NCBI GenBank assembly: GCA_002104905.1
Contig: MCFE01000023.1
Coordinates: 168,615-232,614, forward strand
DNA: 64,000 nt
From: Basidiobolus meristosporus CBS 931.73
Taxonomy: Eukaryota > Fungi > Basidiobolomycota
Reading direction: 5' to 3'
Shown: positions 13,997-26,561 of the stretch, in pieces
Numbering within the stretch: the stretch's first letter is position 1
Layout of the letters: each line of letters starts with the position of its first letter
Notes under the pieces: model-generated
The model's database searches: none
Seen by the model: the letters and a program-made list of their open reading frames with translations, nothing else
What the model was told of the DNA's origin: nothing
Translations under genes and position numbers: made by a program

Positions 13997-14663
13997 GTCA
14001 AGAAAATGCCCGTCAAATTTTACAATTGAGCTCCTGAACCTTGGGTTGCTTCAATAAACTAGCTTATCAACCTCAGCTTGATCTCCTAACGTCGATTAAT
14101 GACAAAAACCATGCTGTTTTTTGAGGATCATGATTGGTAACAAACTTGCACATTACCACTACCCAGAGATACAAGGTCGGTGCAAAATACATTATCGCCT
14201 GCTAAGTGAATCGTGTATGGGGTGCCCGGAGAAACGATTGATTTCTACCGGATGGCCAATTTAACGATCTTGATTGATTTGATGATACTCATATTCCGGG
14301 AATTTAAACGGAAATTCTGAGAACTATTGGCAGTTAACCACGGTTCATAATTACGTTTGGTTTCGGTGGGATGATTTGATTAATAGAATTCGGCGGATTT
14401 TCGTACAAAAAGGATTCGCATATGTCGGAGGATTCCTTCTTTTTGCCTACTTTCTAGTTGGACAAGCTCAGTGAGGTATGTATCTTTTCACCTAGAGATT
14501 GGTTGCTCCCAGTTGCCACATGAATACATCCATCTTCATCCCACAAGCCGAGTTGATTCTCATCACCTGATCCATCTTTTTTTTCTATTTCATCCATCCA
14601 TTTCGGCAGTAGCGCTTCACTCTTGATATTGGCTTACCTTCCTTACCAGCAGTAACTGTGATA

Positions 14664-15002
14664 ATGGCTCAACGTGTTACCTATCGTCGTCGTCTCTCCT
14701 ACAACACCAAGTCTAACCGTGTCCGCATTGTTAAGACCCCCGGTGGCAAGCTTACCTACTTGCACGAGAAGAAGCCTGGCAGCAGCCCCCGTTGCGGTGA
14801 CTGTGGTATGAACCTTGCCGGTGTCCCTGCCCTTCGCCCACGTGAATACGCTCGCATCTCCAAGCGTCAAAAGACCGTCCAACGTCCTTACGGTGGTAGT
14901 CGTTGCGGCCACTGCGTCCGTGAACGTATTGTCCGTGCCTTCCTCATCGAGGAGCAGAAGATTGTCAAGAGAGTCATCAAGGCTCAATCTGGCAAAAACT
15001 AA
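14664..15002 (+). CDS. RPL34: 60S ribosomal protein L34 (eL34)
   Basis: MAQRVTYRRRLSYNTKSNRVRIVKTPGG...RPYGGSRCGHCVRERIVRAFLIEEQKIV; uninterrupted ORF. Confidence 0.97.
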   Translation: MAQRVTYRRRLSYNTKSNRVRIVKTPGGKLTYLHEKKPGSSPRCGDCGMNLAGVPALRPREYARISKRQKTVQRPYGGSRCGHCVRERIVRAFLIEEQKIVKRVIKAQSGKN

Positions 15003-15316
15003 ATCCATAGTGTAGCTATTTCAGATGATCTAATAAATAACCCGTCAACTCAACTCAAACCTCGCGAAGCCAACACCCACCGAATTACTATGTAGTGTAG
15101 ACCGCAATGGCTGAGGGGGTTGATTGAATCTCGATCCCCGACGGGTGGGCTCTCGCCATAACACGAAGCATTGGGAATTTCCATGGGGAATGTGGTTGGT
15201 TTAATTGGAGCATGTTTACTCTTGGAAAGTCCGACGAATTAAATACTAGTACAAGGTAAAAATAGAATTGGTGCTCATTCCGTCTTGACGATTCAAGCTT
15301 TTAAATCGAGTCGAGT

Positions 15317-16613
15317 TTACTGCTTGGGCTCGAAGGGGACAACCAACATTTCCGAGAATTCCTTGATATCGTTCACGCCACGGACTTCCTTGGTAAGGAG
15401 TGGCAATCTGACGATGTGGAAGTCCTCGTAAAGGTCGTAGATTTGGTCGAGATATTTCTGCTGCATCTTGTGACGGACGTTGCACTGCTCACAGTCAGAA
15501 CCGGTCTTGGGGAACAAGAGTTGGTTGACGATGATGTTGTGTGTATCGATCTCGTAGGCAGTCAACTCTTGAATCATACGCTCGGTTTCGTACAGGGAAA
15601 GGAATTCCGAGATACAGACGCACACGAAGGTGGTCTTTTCCTGTTCGTGGGGGGGGGGAAGTTGTTCAATGTAAGTGGGGGTGGGTTTGGTCATGGTTGA
15701 GACGGACAAATCAACTTACTGGGTCCTTGAATTGGTTGTTGACCTCAGTAATAACTGAGCGCATACCCTCGAGTTTGCTAAACATATCCTCTTGAGGGTC
15801 CATTCCCATCATTCCGGACATCTATAGAAAGGAACAATCGTTAGGCGGTTGGTTCGACAAGTGTTATCAACTGTAGCTTACTTGTTGCAACATAGGTCCA
15901 AATCTACCACTTAACTGGGACACCTTGGCGAGAGCCTTCTCCAGAACAGAGGGGAAAGACAAGAAGCGAAGAGTATGTCCGGTGGGTGCGGTATCAAACA
16001 CAACAACTGAGTACTCCATTGACTTGACAAGTCTGGAAGGGGGATGGTTAACAACGAGGGAAACAAGAAATCGGGAAGAATAAATAGCCATACTTCATGA
16101 CTTCGGCAAAGCCCATGGCTTCATCAACACCTGGAATAGCGAAGGCAAGATCCTGCATCATGGAGCTCATAGCACCACCTTCAGCTTTATCAATCATCTC
16201 TTGAATGCTGCTTGTTGGGTCGATTTCCTGCAGTCAAAAGTTAGGCATATGAACCTCGACCCCACACAACTTCCAAACTTACCATAGCATAGAAGTTGTT
16301 GAAACCGTTCACCAAAGTAGGGGTCTTGGAAAACTTCTGGCTGAAGGCGTCGGAAAGATTGTGTGCTGGATCGGTGGAGATGAGCAGGACACTATCTCTA
16401 ACTTTCGATAACTGAACCGCTAGGGAACAACTAGACGTCAAGGAAGGCGTTAGTGAAGGATGGGAGAGGGGTGCCGTTCGAGGGAAATGTCTCGTACCTG
16501 CTGGTAGTTTTACCGACACCACCTTTACCACCAACGAAAATCCAGTTGAGTGATTTTTGGTCGAGCACATTGCGAAGGGAGCCTTCAAGAGGTTGGAATT
16601 CTTCGTCAGACAT
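15317..16613 (-). CDS. GET3: Tail-anchored protein targeting ATPase Get3/ASNA1
   Basis: [47 protein letters not shown] motif; multi-exon. Confidence 0.96.
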
Positions 16614-17135
16614 GTTGATAGGTGGTGTTGACGTTGATAAAACGGATACTTTAGTAAGAGTACGTCAAATCCTTCTCGTCAATATACTAGTTGCGAAATC
16701 CTTCTACAAAGTTCCCTAGTTATGTCACGTGATACGTCACCATCGAAATGAACACTCAATCCCGAATGCCGCCAATCAGATGCCCTTCACCAACAGCCCC
16801 TGATATACGATAACAGCGTATACCGGAAGAAAGCACCGCAGTATAGTAGATTTCTCATATTCAAGAACAAGATTAAAGAGTTTGAAAGCTGATCAGCTGT
16901 TCGATCAAATTACCAAACGCATTTCTCAATGCCCAAAAGATCTAATCTAAGCCATTTGTGTATGGAGGCGAAGCATTGCTCAATTGTGATGAACAGTGCA
17001 GCAATGTAATAATGCCATTCCAAATTCAGCCACCGTACATAGCGGTAATGCCCTTTCACCCACCCACTCGCTCCCGGAAATCAATGTTCGGTGTCGTTCG
17101 AAGAAATGCTGGTCAGGTTTGTTTATTGGAAAACT

Positions 17136-18369
17136 CTAAGTAGATGGTGTGGATCCTTGGTCAACGGTGACTGCTTGCTCTGATTGATTGTCTTTCGTCT
17201 CCTCGTCAAGCTCGGCGAACTTACGACGCGGTATAACATAAGTGAATGCTGTCTCCCAGCTTTTCGTCTCCAGATATTTCACAAGAATCTCGAATACTGT
17301 TGTGGGATGGAATTAGTCGGATGTTGGTAGCACTTCAATGTGAACAATCATTACCATGGTTGACGGTTAGGACTTTGCGGGTGGCCAGTTTCACAAACTC
17401 GCCGATTGGAAGTTGAGCCGTCTGGATGCCCTCCTCCTGAGCTTTGTTGTACGTTAAAAGCTTGATGGGACAGAGAGCAAGTTATTGATGCGGTCTGGAT
17501 TCAATGGAATTCTCTCTCAAGGTACCTTATGCCGGTTCTTATCAACGATCCCGCCAATAATGTACACTTTGTCGTCGTCAAGCTCATGAATGACGTTGGG
17601 TGAGTCGGCAGTCAGGTACACCAACTCCTCCTTTTTGAATACTTCAGTGTAGTTCCTCTTCTCAAAAGTGAAATTTTTCCAGTTCTTCATGTCCGGAGCT
17701 TCGTTGAAACGACGTTCAAGCTCGCCACCCAAACTGGTAGAATAAATATTTACAGGGTGTTTGCAGGCTCTGTTCGCAGAGTAGCAACGTTGGATTTGCC
17801 CGAACATGGAGGATATTTCCTAAAGGATAAAGTCGATGAGGAAACGTGCACGCAGTTGAGATTCCCCTCTCCAAGTAAAAAAATTCTCCGCAGGGTTTGG
17901 CAAAATGACACTACCTTTGTTGTCATCAACGATTCAAAGCTAAGGTCTAATACAACTCTAACATCACTTGGCTCTTGTTCGAGCTTTACTTTCTTCGGTG
18001 GAGCCTCGACAAGACCTGATAGCAACAATGCATGTTTAGAAAAGACATGAAAGGGGGGTTTGAAGGCAGCAAACGGAGACCATGCATACCAGCCTCAATT
18101 GCCTGTCGCTTTTCCGCCTTTTTCTGCTTGGCAAGCAGCTTTTTTTTGACTTTCCAGTCCTCTTTGGTGATTTCCAACCGCTTCTGCTTTATCAATTTTC
18201 TAAGGGCATTTTTGGTGACCCCCTCCGAGGAAATGCCCAATTCCTCGGCTTGCTCTAGCAACGAAGGACGTGTCTTATTTTGGTTCTCCTTTGAACTCAC
18301 GTCAGGGGTGTCGGACGAAATCCCCTCGATATCTTTGACAGTGCTCATGATAGGCGAACCACTTGACAT
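17136..18369 (-). CDS. TRM10: tRNA m1G9 methyltransferase Trm10
   Basis: [52 protein letters not shown]|VFEIL. Confidence 0.93.
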
Positions 18370-18991
18370 TCACTAGACAACCATCCCTTCCACCACCCTC
18401 ACGACTTTTTCAAGATCGGAATCGAATATGGAAAAACAAATTGAAATCGAATTGAGATCAAATTGAATGGGCTAATGTGTACATGAAGAAAAAACCGGCT
18501 GGTGTTCAACGTGGTAGCGATTATCTATATATTACTGTTTACCTATGATGGTTATTTGGATGACCCTGGGATTGGGTCTACTTGATTCGCCTGAGGAGTA
18601 CTAGAAAAATTCTCTGATGATTCCAATTGAGGTAATTGGTCAAGAAACCGATGGAAAGTACCCGAAGTATCTAGTAACGTTCAATCGAACTTGAGGATTC
18701 CCATTGGATTGCAGACGGCCCGTTGATTCGACGTGATCGCTGGGCTTTTTAAAGTAGCCAGGCCATATGAAAAATGTCCACAATTATTAGCAAAACAAAG
18801 GAAAAAAAAGAACATTGCGCTGAATCCATTAATAATTGGGGAGTTCGAGAAAAGGGGCAACTTCCAATTGGAAACCAATTTCCGCCCAGGATTTATTAGA
18901 CGCTCGCTTGGGTACTGGCCTCTTCTTGCTCAGTTACTTGACTTAACCGCCGGAAACTGTTCAGTGCCACTTCCTTCCCCTTTCATTAATT

Positions 18992-20268
18992 ATGGTTAAG
19001 GACACCAAGTACTACGATATTTTGGGGGTTTCCCCAACCGCCTCCGAGAGTGAGCTCAAGAAAGCTTATCGCAAGCTTGCTTTGAAGTATCACCCTGATA
19101 AGGTAGATGTTCGAACTGGAAAACTTCATCTGGCCCTCTCCAGGCGAAACTAACTCTTTTCTCTGTTCAGAACCCTGATGCTGGGGACAAGTTCAAGGAT
19201 ATCTCCCACGCTTACGAGATTCTGTCTGACTCTGAGAAGAGAAACATTTACGATCAGTATGGTGAGGAGGGTCTCAAGAATGAAGGCGGTCCTGGTATGT
19301 CTGCTGAGGATCTGTTCTCTCAGTTCTTCGGCGGAGGTTTCTTCGGCGGAGGTGGACCTCGTCAACCAAGTGGCCCCAGAAGAGGCAAAGACGTTCACCA
19401 CGCTCTTAAGGTGTCCCTAGAGGATCTTTACAAGGGCAAGACCAGCAAGCTTGCTCTACAAAAGAACGTTATCTGCTCTCCATGTAAGGGCAAGGGTGGC
19501 AAAGAGGGTGCCGTCAAGACCTGCTCCACTTGTAATGGACGTGGTGTTCGCATTATTCACCGTCAACTTGGTCCTATGATTCAACAAATCCAGCAGCACT
19601 GTAGCGACTGTAACGGTGAGGGTCAGGTCATCAACGAGAAGGACAAGTGCAAAACTTGTAATGGCAAGAAGGTTGTCTCGGAACGCAAGGTCCTTGAAGT
19701 TCATATCGATAAGGGTATGAGAGACGGTCAGAAAGTCACCTTCCACGGAGAGGCCGACCAAGCACCTGATGTTGTCCCTGGTGATATTGTCATAGTTATT
19801 GAGGAGAAGGCTCATCCTCGCTTCAAGCGCAAGGGCGATGATCTTTTCTACAATGCCAAGATCGATCTTCTCACTGCCTTGGCCGGTGGTCACTTCATTA
19901 TTGAGCACTTGGACGGCAGAAAGCTGAAGGTCAACATTCTTCCAGGAGAAGTTATCAAGCCTGAGGAGGTCAAGGCAATTCAAAACGAAGGTATGCCTAG
20001 CCATCGTCACCACCAACATGGTGACCTCTACGTTCAATTCGATGTTGTATTCCCTGAACGTAACTGGACTACCCCTGAGAACATTGCTCTCTTGGAGAAT
20101 ATTCTTCCCCCCAGAGAGGCACAAGATGTCAAGGGGGATGTTGAGGAGGTGGTTCTCAGTGACATGGATGCATCACAAAAGAACCGTGCTGAACACGGTA
20201 TGGATGAGGACTATGAAGATGAAGATGGCCATGGCCACGGTCCTGGAGTCCAATGTGCTCAACAATAA
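18992..20268 (+). CDS. YDJ1: Type I Hsp40 co-chaperone Ydj1/DNAJA
   Basis: J domain with HPD, G/F region, four CxxCxGxG-type repeats, C-terminal CaaX CAQQ*; one intron. Confidence 0.96.
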
Positions 20269-21297
20269 GCACGATTCTCTTCTTTCATATTACTCATTTG
20301 CTTCCCAATCTCCCCTCTACACTATAATACCTTTTCACTATCCTTTCGAAATAGCTTCCTCAACTTTTATATTATATATTTTTATAAAGACAAACTTGGC
20401 ATTGTGTATTATGACTGAACATGAACACGTTCTCCTTCAATGGTTTTCTGGTTGATTTTCGACACTGAATAGTGGATGTCAAGTTTTCTTCCCTCGGGCG
20501 CAATATTTCCGAATGATAGATTGTTGAGGTAATCATGGTAACAAATGCCTTCCAAATTATCGACATTCTCATTTCCCTCCTCAAACGTTTGAGACCGAAT
20601 GAGGTCAGCCTTATCTGGAAATCAATTCAGTGATCAATGATCAATTGATCGATACATGGTTGCTTACTGATCTGTAAGCAAGAAACCAGAATCAACCACG
20701 CTGGAGATTCAAGGCTATCTTTGAAGCATCCATGAACCAGAATAGCTCAAACAGACACCCTTGCACATGTAAAATATGATTTGTATTGTGGCTTAGCTCC
20801 ACGTCAAACAGCTGAAAGCTCGTAGAAAATTTTACCTTTGTCCAAAACTTGTCTACCGCCGAATCCAGTCTAACAGACGAATCAAGGGGGTCGTAGTACC
20901 CTCCAGAGCCGATCGCGGCCGAACAGGAGCAAATGGTTCGGAGCCGATTTAATTTCCATGATGGTCAACCTGCATGGTGTCATCAAATAGAAGATTTGGG
21001 GACGATAAAGAGAAATGGAGTCAGCTGATAGGTAAGGTTACAAAAGAGTCAACGAGCTTTGCAGAAAAGGAAGGCAGAGAGAATTTTCAACATCAGATGG
21101 CAAGCAAAAGCTACCGAAACTGACATAATTGGCAATTCGTGCCACAGTCATAATAAATCACGTTGGAGCAAGCACTCGATTGGTCAACATTAGGTAAACT
21201 CCTATTCAATTCAGTATTAAGATTTAAACAAGCCACCCCTTTGCATGCTGGAGCATGGGAAAACAAACCTATGGTAAGGGCATTTGGTGATGGGCCT

Positions 21298-21304
21298 TGA
21301 CTCA
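21298..21304 (+). promoter_or_regulatory. Perfect Gcn4/CPC-1 (AP-1) site TGACTCA upstream of CPA2
   Basis: TGACTCA about 330 bp 5' of the CPA2 ATG; arginine biosynthesis genes are classic general-control targets. Confidence 0.4.
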
Positions 21305-21634
21305 TTACGTGTAATCTCGGGTCGGTGGATTTGATACAAGCCAGTCGAGAATGCCTATGATTTCGGATATTGCCTGACTTTTTGCCATTGGAATGCTGGA
21401 ATATAGATGATATCAATCTGCAAATTCGATTGCCAAATCTGTTCTCCTGCAACGACTATAAGAACCCTGAGAACTCCTTGAGCCAACTTCCATTGCAAAG
21501 TGAATACAGTTTCTTGGAGATTCGGTGAAATTTCCACTCATTTGTATCCAGCTAATATCTCTCGGAGCTGCTGGAACCCCCTTCCTCATAAATAAGCATA
21601 CACTTTGTTAAATATTCCCAACACATCATAGATC

Positions 21635-24600
21635 ATGTACAAGAGTCTATCGAAACCGCTTACGACAGCGACCCAGAGTCTTTACCGTCAAGGCCTCCGC
21701 TCATCCAATCCTGCACTCAGCAAATCATTCTCCGTCCTTGCTTCGCAGCCCACTCGCCGAATTCTCAAGGATGAGCTCGCCCTAAAAAATGTGGTCCGAG
21801 TAATCAACGGCCGTTGTGGAACCTACCGTTCTTTCTCGTCGTCGTCGACTGTATTCCAGAAGAGTGAAACCTCAAAAAGATCCATGAGCACCACCATTGA
21901 TTCGATCTCGGCTGCCGAAATCTTGAAAGAGGTGCCAAAGGTCGAGGTGAAAAAGGTCCTGGTGGTTGGTTCCGGAGGACTTTCCATTGGTCAGGCTGGA
22001 GAGTTTGATTACTCCGGCTCTCAGGCTATCAAAGCTCTTCGTGAGGCCAACGTTGAGACGATTCTTGTGAACCCCAACATTGCAACTATTCAAACATCCC
22101 ACTCCTTGGCCGACAGTGTTTACTTCCTTCCCGTTACTCCAGAGTACCTTACTCATATCTTGGAGAGAGAGCGCCCCGATGGGATCCTTCTAACCTTCGG
22201 CGGACAGACTGGTCTCAATTGTGGTATCGCGTTGGATCGCATGGGTGTCTTGGAAAGACTGGGGGTGAAGGTCTTGGGTACACCGATCGAAACTCTTGTC
22301 ACCAGTGAAGATCGTGATCTTTTTGCCCAGGCTCTAAAGGAGATCGATATTCCAGTTGCTCAATCCACAGCCGTCTCTTCCGTGACCGATGCGCTAAACG
22401 CCGCAGAGGAGATTGGTTACCCCATCATCGTCCGTTCGGCTTTCTCTCTTGGTGGTCTCGGCTCCGGCTTTGCTGCCAATGCTGAAGAGCTACGTCAGTT
22501 GGCAACCAAGTCCCTTTCCCTTTCTCCACAGATTTTGGTAGAAAAATCCATGAAGGGATGGAAGGAAGTCGAGTACGAGGTGGTTCGTGATGCTGCTAAT
22601 AACTGTATCACAGTCTGTAACATGGAGAACTTTGATCCTCTTGGTGTACACACTGGTGACAGCATCGTGGTTGCCCCAAGTCAAACCCTTTCTGACGAGG
22701 AGTACCACATGCTACGTACTGCCGCCATCAAGATTGTTAGACATCTCGGTGTAGTTGGTGAATGCAACGTCCAATATGCTCTACACCCAGAGAGCTTGGA
22801 GTTCAAGGTCATCGAGGTCAATGCTCGTTTAAGCAGAAGTTCAGCCCTTGCCTCGAAGGCTACCGGATACCCACTTGCGTTCGTCGCTGCCAAAATTGCG
22901 CTTGGCCATACTCTTCCCGAGCTCAATAATGCGGTCACTAAGTCTACTACTGCATGCTTCGAGCCTTCACTCGATTACATCGTCACCAAGATTCCCAGAT
23001 GGGATCTGAGCAAGTTCAACCACGTTGGCCGTGACATTGGCAGTTGCATGAAGAGTGTTGGTGAAGTCATGGCAATTGGCAGAACCTTTGAAGAATCATT
23101 GCAGAAGGCGGTCCGTCAAGTGGACCCTGCATTCGAAGGATTCCAAGCATTGCCATTTGAGAATCTGGATGATGTCCTCCGTAATCCAACCGATAGACGT
23201 TTGTTCGCCGTCGGTAACGCCATGCTGGAGAAGGGTTACTCCGTGGATAAGATTCACGACATCACCAAGATCGATCGCTGGTTCTTGCACAAGCTGAAGA
23301 ACATCGCCGATGTTCAAAGTGAATTGAAGAAGTACACTCTGGATAGCGTTCCTGTCGAGTTGCTCCACCAAGCGAAGAAATCCGGATTCTCCGATATCCA
23401 GATCTCCAAGCTGGTGAATGCCACCGAGGACGAAGTACGTAGCCTCAGAAAGAGTCACAGCATCACCCCGTATGTCAAGCGTATTGATACCTTGGCTGCC
23501 GAGTTCCCCACTTCTACCAACTACCTATACACCACTTACAACGCCTCCTCCCATGATGTCAAGTTCAACGATCAAGGAACCATGGTCCTGGGCTCAGGGG
23601 TTTACCGCATTGGATCTTCTGTCGAGTTCGACTGGTGCGGTGTCAGCTGTGCTCGTGCCTTGCGTAAGATCGGACGCAAGACTGTTATGGTCAATTACAA
23701 TCCCGAGACTGTATCGACTGATTTCGATGAGTGCGATCGTCTTTACTTTGAAGAGTTATCTTACGAACGTGTTAAGGATATCTACGAACAAGAAAATGCT
23801 CAAGGGGTCGTGGTCAGTGTCGGAGGTCAACTCCCCCAGAACATCGCTCTACGCCTGCACAACAACGACGTCAAGGTTCTCGGTACCAGCCCAGTTATGA
23901 TCGACAAAGCCGAAGACCGATTCAAGTTCTCACAAATCCTCGATCGTATTGGTGTCGACCAACCTGAATGGAAAGAGTTGACCAGTGTCGATGAAGCCAA
24001 AACATTTGCTGACAAGGTTGGATATCCCGTCCTTGTACGTCCTTCCTACGTGTTGTCTGGGGCTGCCATGAATGTTGCACACGACGCAGCCACTTTGGAT
24101 CGTCATCTGTCTCTTGCTGCCAACGTTTCCCCCCTTCACCCCGTCGTAATCACAAAGTTCATCGATTCTGCCCAAGAAATTGATGTTGATGCTGTGGCCC
24201 ACAAGGGTAAATTGATTTGCCATGCCGTCTCGGAGCATGTTGAGAATGCTGGCGTCCACTCGGGCGATGCCACATTGGTGCTCCCAAGTCGCGAGCTTCC
24301 CGAACAAACCCTCGAGAAGCTCAAGGACATCACCAAGAAGGTGGCGGATGCCTTCGAAATCACCGGCCCATTCAACATGCAGGTCATTCGTAAGGCTGGC
24401 GACAGTGAGATTCTCAAGGTGATCGAATGTAACCTTCGTGCATCTCGTTCATTCCCCTTCGTCTCCAAGGTTCTCGATACCAACTTCATTGACGTGTCCA
24501 CCCATGCTCTATGTGACACTGATGTTCCTGCTCCAATGGATCTGATGAAGAAGAAGCTCCCCTACCAGGCTATCAAGGTGCCTCAATTCTCTTGGACCAG

Positions 24601-25165
24601 ATTGGCTGGTGCGGATCCATTCCTTGGTGTGGAGATGGCATCCACCGGTGAGGTTGCCTGCTTTGGTAAGGATAAACATGAAGCTTACCTCGCTGCCATC
24701 CAATCTACCACCAACTTCCGTCTTCCCAAGCGTGGTATCTTGCTCGGAAGAGACCAGCTTACCAATGTTGATGACTTTGTTCACGTCGCCAAGCAATTCA
24801 GCACATTGGACCACCCCCTCTACACCGACAACGAAGAGACTGCTCACCTGTTGAAAGAACACGGGGTTGATTGCAAGCAGGTGGATTTCCCATGGGATGA
24901 GAAGCGTGGTCTCCAGGAGGTTTTGAACCAGCACAGCATTGATTTCTGCGTGAATCTAGCCAAAGAGAAGCCCACTGAAATCATGGACCCCAATTACCGT
25001 ATGCGTCGTAGTGCCGTAGACTTTGGTATCCCTCTATTGAACGACGCCAAGTGCGCTCGTCTCTTCGCCGACGCTTTGGTGATCAAGAAAGAGGAGAACA
25101 AAACCCTTAAGGAAGGGGAACACCCAAGAGAGGTCAAGAGCTGGGACGACTTCCTTTCGATGTAA
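21635..25165 (+). CDS. CPA2: Arginine-specific carbamoyl-phosphate synthase large subunit, mitochondrial presequence
   Basis: 1176-aa single ORF; VLVVGSGGLSIGQAGEFDYSGSQA, two ATP-grasp halves, MGS domain; no DHO/ATC fusion; R/S-rich N-terminal leader. Confidence 0.96.
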   Translation: MYKSLSKPLTTATQSLYRQGLRSSNPALSKSFSVLASQPTRRILKDELALKNVVRVINGRCGTYRSFSSSSTVFQKSETSKRSMSTTIDSISAAEILKEVPKVEVKKVLVVGSGGLSIGQAGEFDYSGSQAIKALREANVETILVNPNIATIQTSHSLADSVYFLPVTPEYLTHILERERPDGILLTFGGQTGLNCGIALDRMGVLERLGVKVLGTPIETLVTSEDRDLFAQALKEIDIPVAQSTAVSSVTDALNAAEEIGYPIIVRSAFSLGGLGSGFAANAEELRQLATKSLSLSPQILVEKSMKGWKEVEYEVVRDAANNCITVCNMENFDPLGVHTGDSIVVAPSQTLSDEEYHMLRTAAIKIVRHLGVVGECNVQYALHPESLEFKVIEVNARLSRSSALASKATGYPLAFVAAKIALGHTLPELNNAVTKSTTACFEPSLDYIVTKIPRWDLSKFNHVGRDIGSCMKSVGEVMAIGRTFEESLQKAVRQVDPAFEGFQALPFENLDDVLRNPTDRRLFAVGNAMLEKGYSVDKIHDITKIDRWFLHKLKNIADVQSELKKYTLDSVPVELLHQAKKSGFSDIQISKLVNATEDEVRSLRKSHSITPYVKRIDTLAAEFPTSTNYLYTTYNASSHDVKFNDQGTMVLGSGVYRIGSSVEFDWCGVSCARALRKIGRKTVMVNYNPETVSTDFDECDRLYFEELSYERVKDIYEQENAQGVVVSVGGQLPQNIALRLHNNDVKVLGTSPVMIDKAEDRFKFSQILDRIGVDQPEWKELTSVDEAKTFADKVGYPVLVRPSYVLSGAAMNVAHDAATLDRHLSLAANVSPLHPVVITKFIDSAQEIDVDAVAHKGKLICHAVSEHVENAGVHSGDATLVLPSRELPEQTLEKLKDITKKVADAFEITGPFNMQVIRKAGDSEILKVIECNLRASRSFPFVSKVLDTNFIDVSTHALCDTDVPAPMDLMKKKLPYQAIKVPQFSWTRLAGADPFLGVEMASTGEVACFGKDKHEAYLAAIQSTTNFRLPKRGILLGRDQLTNVDDFVHVAKQFSTLDHPLYTDNEETAHLLKEHGVDCKQVDFPWDEKRGLQEVLNQHSIDFCVNLAKEKPTEIMDPNYRMRRSAVDFGIPLLNDAKCARLFADALVIKKEENKTLKEGEHPREVKSWDDFLSM

Positions 25166-25604
25166 AAAAGCAGAGTCACATGTTAGCTGTGCGTTTCATT
25201 CACAATGCTTAGGTTTACGCTTTTCATTATCCGTAATATTTTTGCCATGTATTTAGTTAGCCATCCTTCACTCTTCTCCCACAACATTTTCTAATTATCA
25301 ATGTGTGTCTTGTTGATGAGAGCCCAACGGTTCACACCATCTCAATATAAATGCTATTTACTCCTTAGAAATATGTCGTGTCTTTACATCTACTTGTTTC
25401 CTATTACCTCGGTGGCCTCGTGGTATTTGGAACGTGAACGAATGAGCAAACAAGGGATGTGCGGAAATTCGTTTGAGAATAGATGGTCACATTATGCCAA
25501 ATAGCTAGATCCTAATCCTCGAAACAGCCAAATTTTGTATATGGGCAAAATTTGTTTATCGACCTCGAGTTATCTCTTATTGAAGCTTTGATTCTTCCTT
25601 CCAA

Positions 25605-26272
25605 ATGCTGCTTACCAAGCGTGCTGCAATTCCATCCCTTCTTCGGGCATTTCGCGCTTACTCGACAAATGTCAGACAAGACCCTCAATACAAGGGATTG
25701 TTCTACCATTCTACAAAAGATTCCAAATACGCCGTATCTTTTTTAGACTCGGATAAAGAGGCAGCCATTATCGGATGGGTGCCTGAGGAATGTGTTGGTA
25801 AACTGGGCCAGAAACCAGACTTATTCGTTGTCAACTCTCAATTCCAGGACCTTCTTCACCAGGTCCTGAAGGACAATGCCCACAGTGCTGATAAGACTCT
25901 TAGCGCTTTAGCAAAGCACCAGAAGCAAGGTTGGCTGCATATCTCAGGTACTGTGGGCCTTTTTGAAAGACACTGGTTTTCGTTGGTGATCTAACTAGAT
26001 TGTTGTTGGTAGACGAGAGAAATCCACCCCCTTGGGGAAGGTACCCAGTTGTTGTTTTGTGATATTCGAGTAGCCGTGTCTAACCTCCACCCCTCTTCCA
26101 CTCCAGAATCCCCCTACCAGAAGATATCTTCGGCAGTGTCAACGTAGTGGACGGTGAAATCATTGAAGGCAGCTACCAGCGTATGCTCACCCATCGGATC
26201 GTCTCCTCTAATGGGTTGTTCAAACTCAGTGAGCCATTCCACCAAAAACTACTCCAAGTGTTAAAAGCATAG
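25605..26272 (+). CDS. Conserved-looking hypothetical mitochondrial protein (3 exons)
   Basis: Presequence MLLTKRAAIPSLLRAFRAYST; spliced GWLHIS|DERNPPPWGR|IPLPEDIFGSV..GSYQRMLTHRIVSSNGLFKL; TAG 26270-26272. Confidence 0.75.
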
Positions 26273-26561
26273 CATTCAAGCATTCCATACTGTAACCCAT
26301 TCTGAAATCCCACTTGGCTCTGACTCAATTAAAGATTAAGTTAAATCAACATCCACTTCGAATTCCGCATAAATCTGGCCACAAGCACACATGAATGATC
26401 GGAAACATCAGCATATTTAAGCAGACATCCGATGAACCTAGAGCTAGTGAACAAATATGACGCACAGCCTACAAATCAAAACTTTGATGAATAACTATAT
26501 TTTTTAATTCACCAAGGGAGATCGTGTTGGATAATCTCACTTCACCTTCTTGAAACCCCTC

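Noticed and set aside
15070-15165. Nested hairpins between RPL34 and GET3 as a snoRNA or riboswitch
   Set aside because: No convincing C/D, H/ACA or TPP consensus; stems are short and GU-rich.
20500-21634. Arginine attenuator uORF upstream of CPA2; ORFs 21111-21452 and 21355-21537
   Set aside because: The AAP belongs to the small-subunit gene (CPA1/arg-2) and no AAP-like peptide is seen; the minus-strand ORFs have no recognisable motif.
14643-25179. Long antisense/overlapping ORFs over RPL34, YDJ1, CPA2 and others
   Set aside because: Shadow ORFs caused by codon bias of the real genes.
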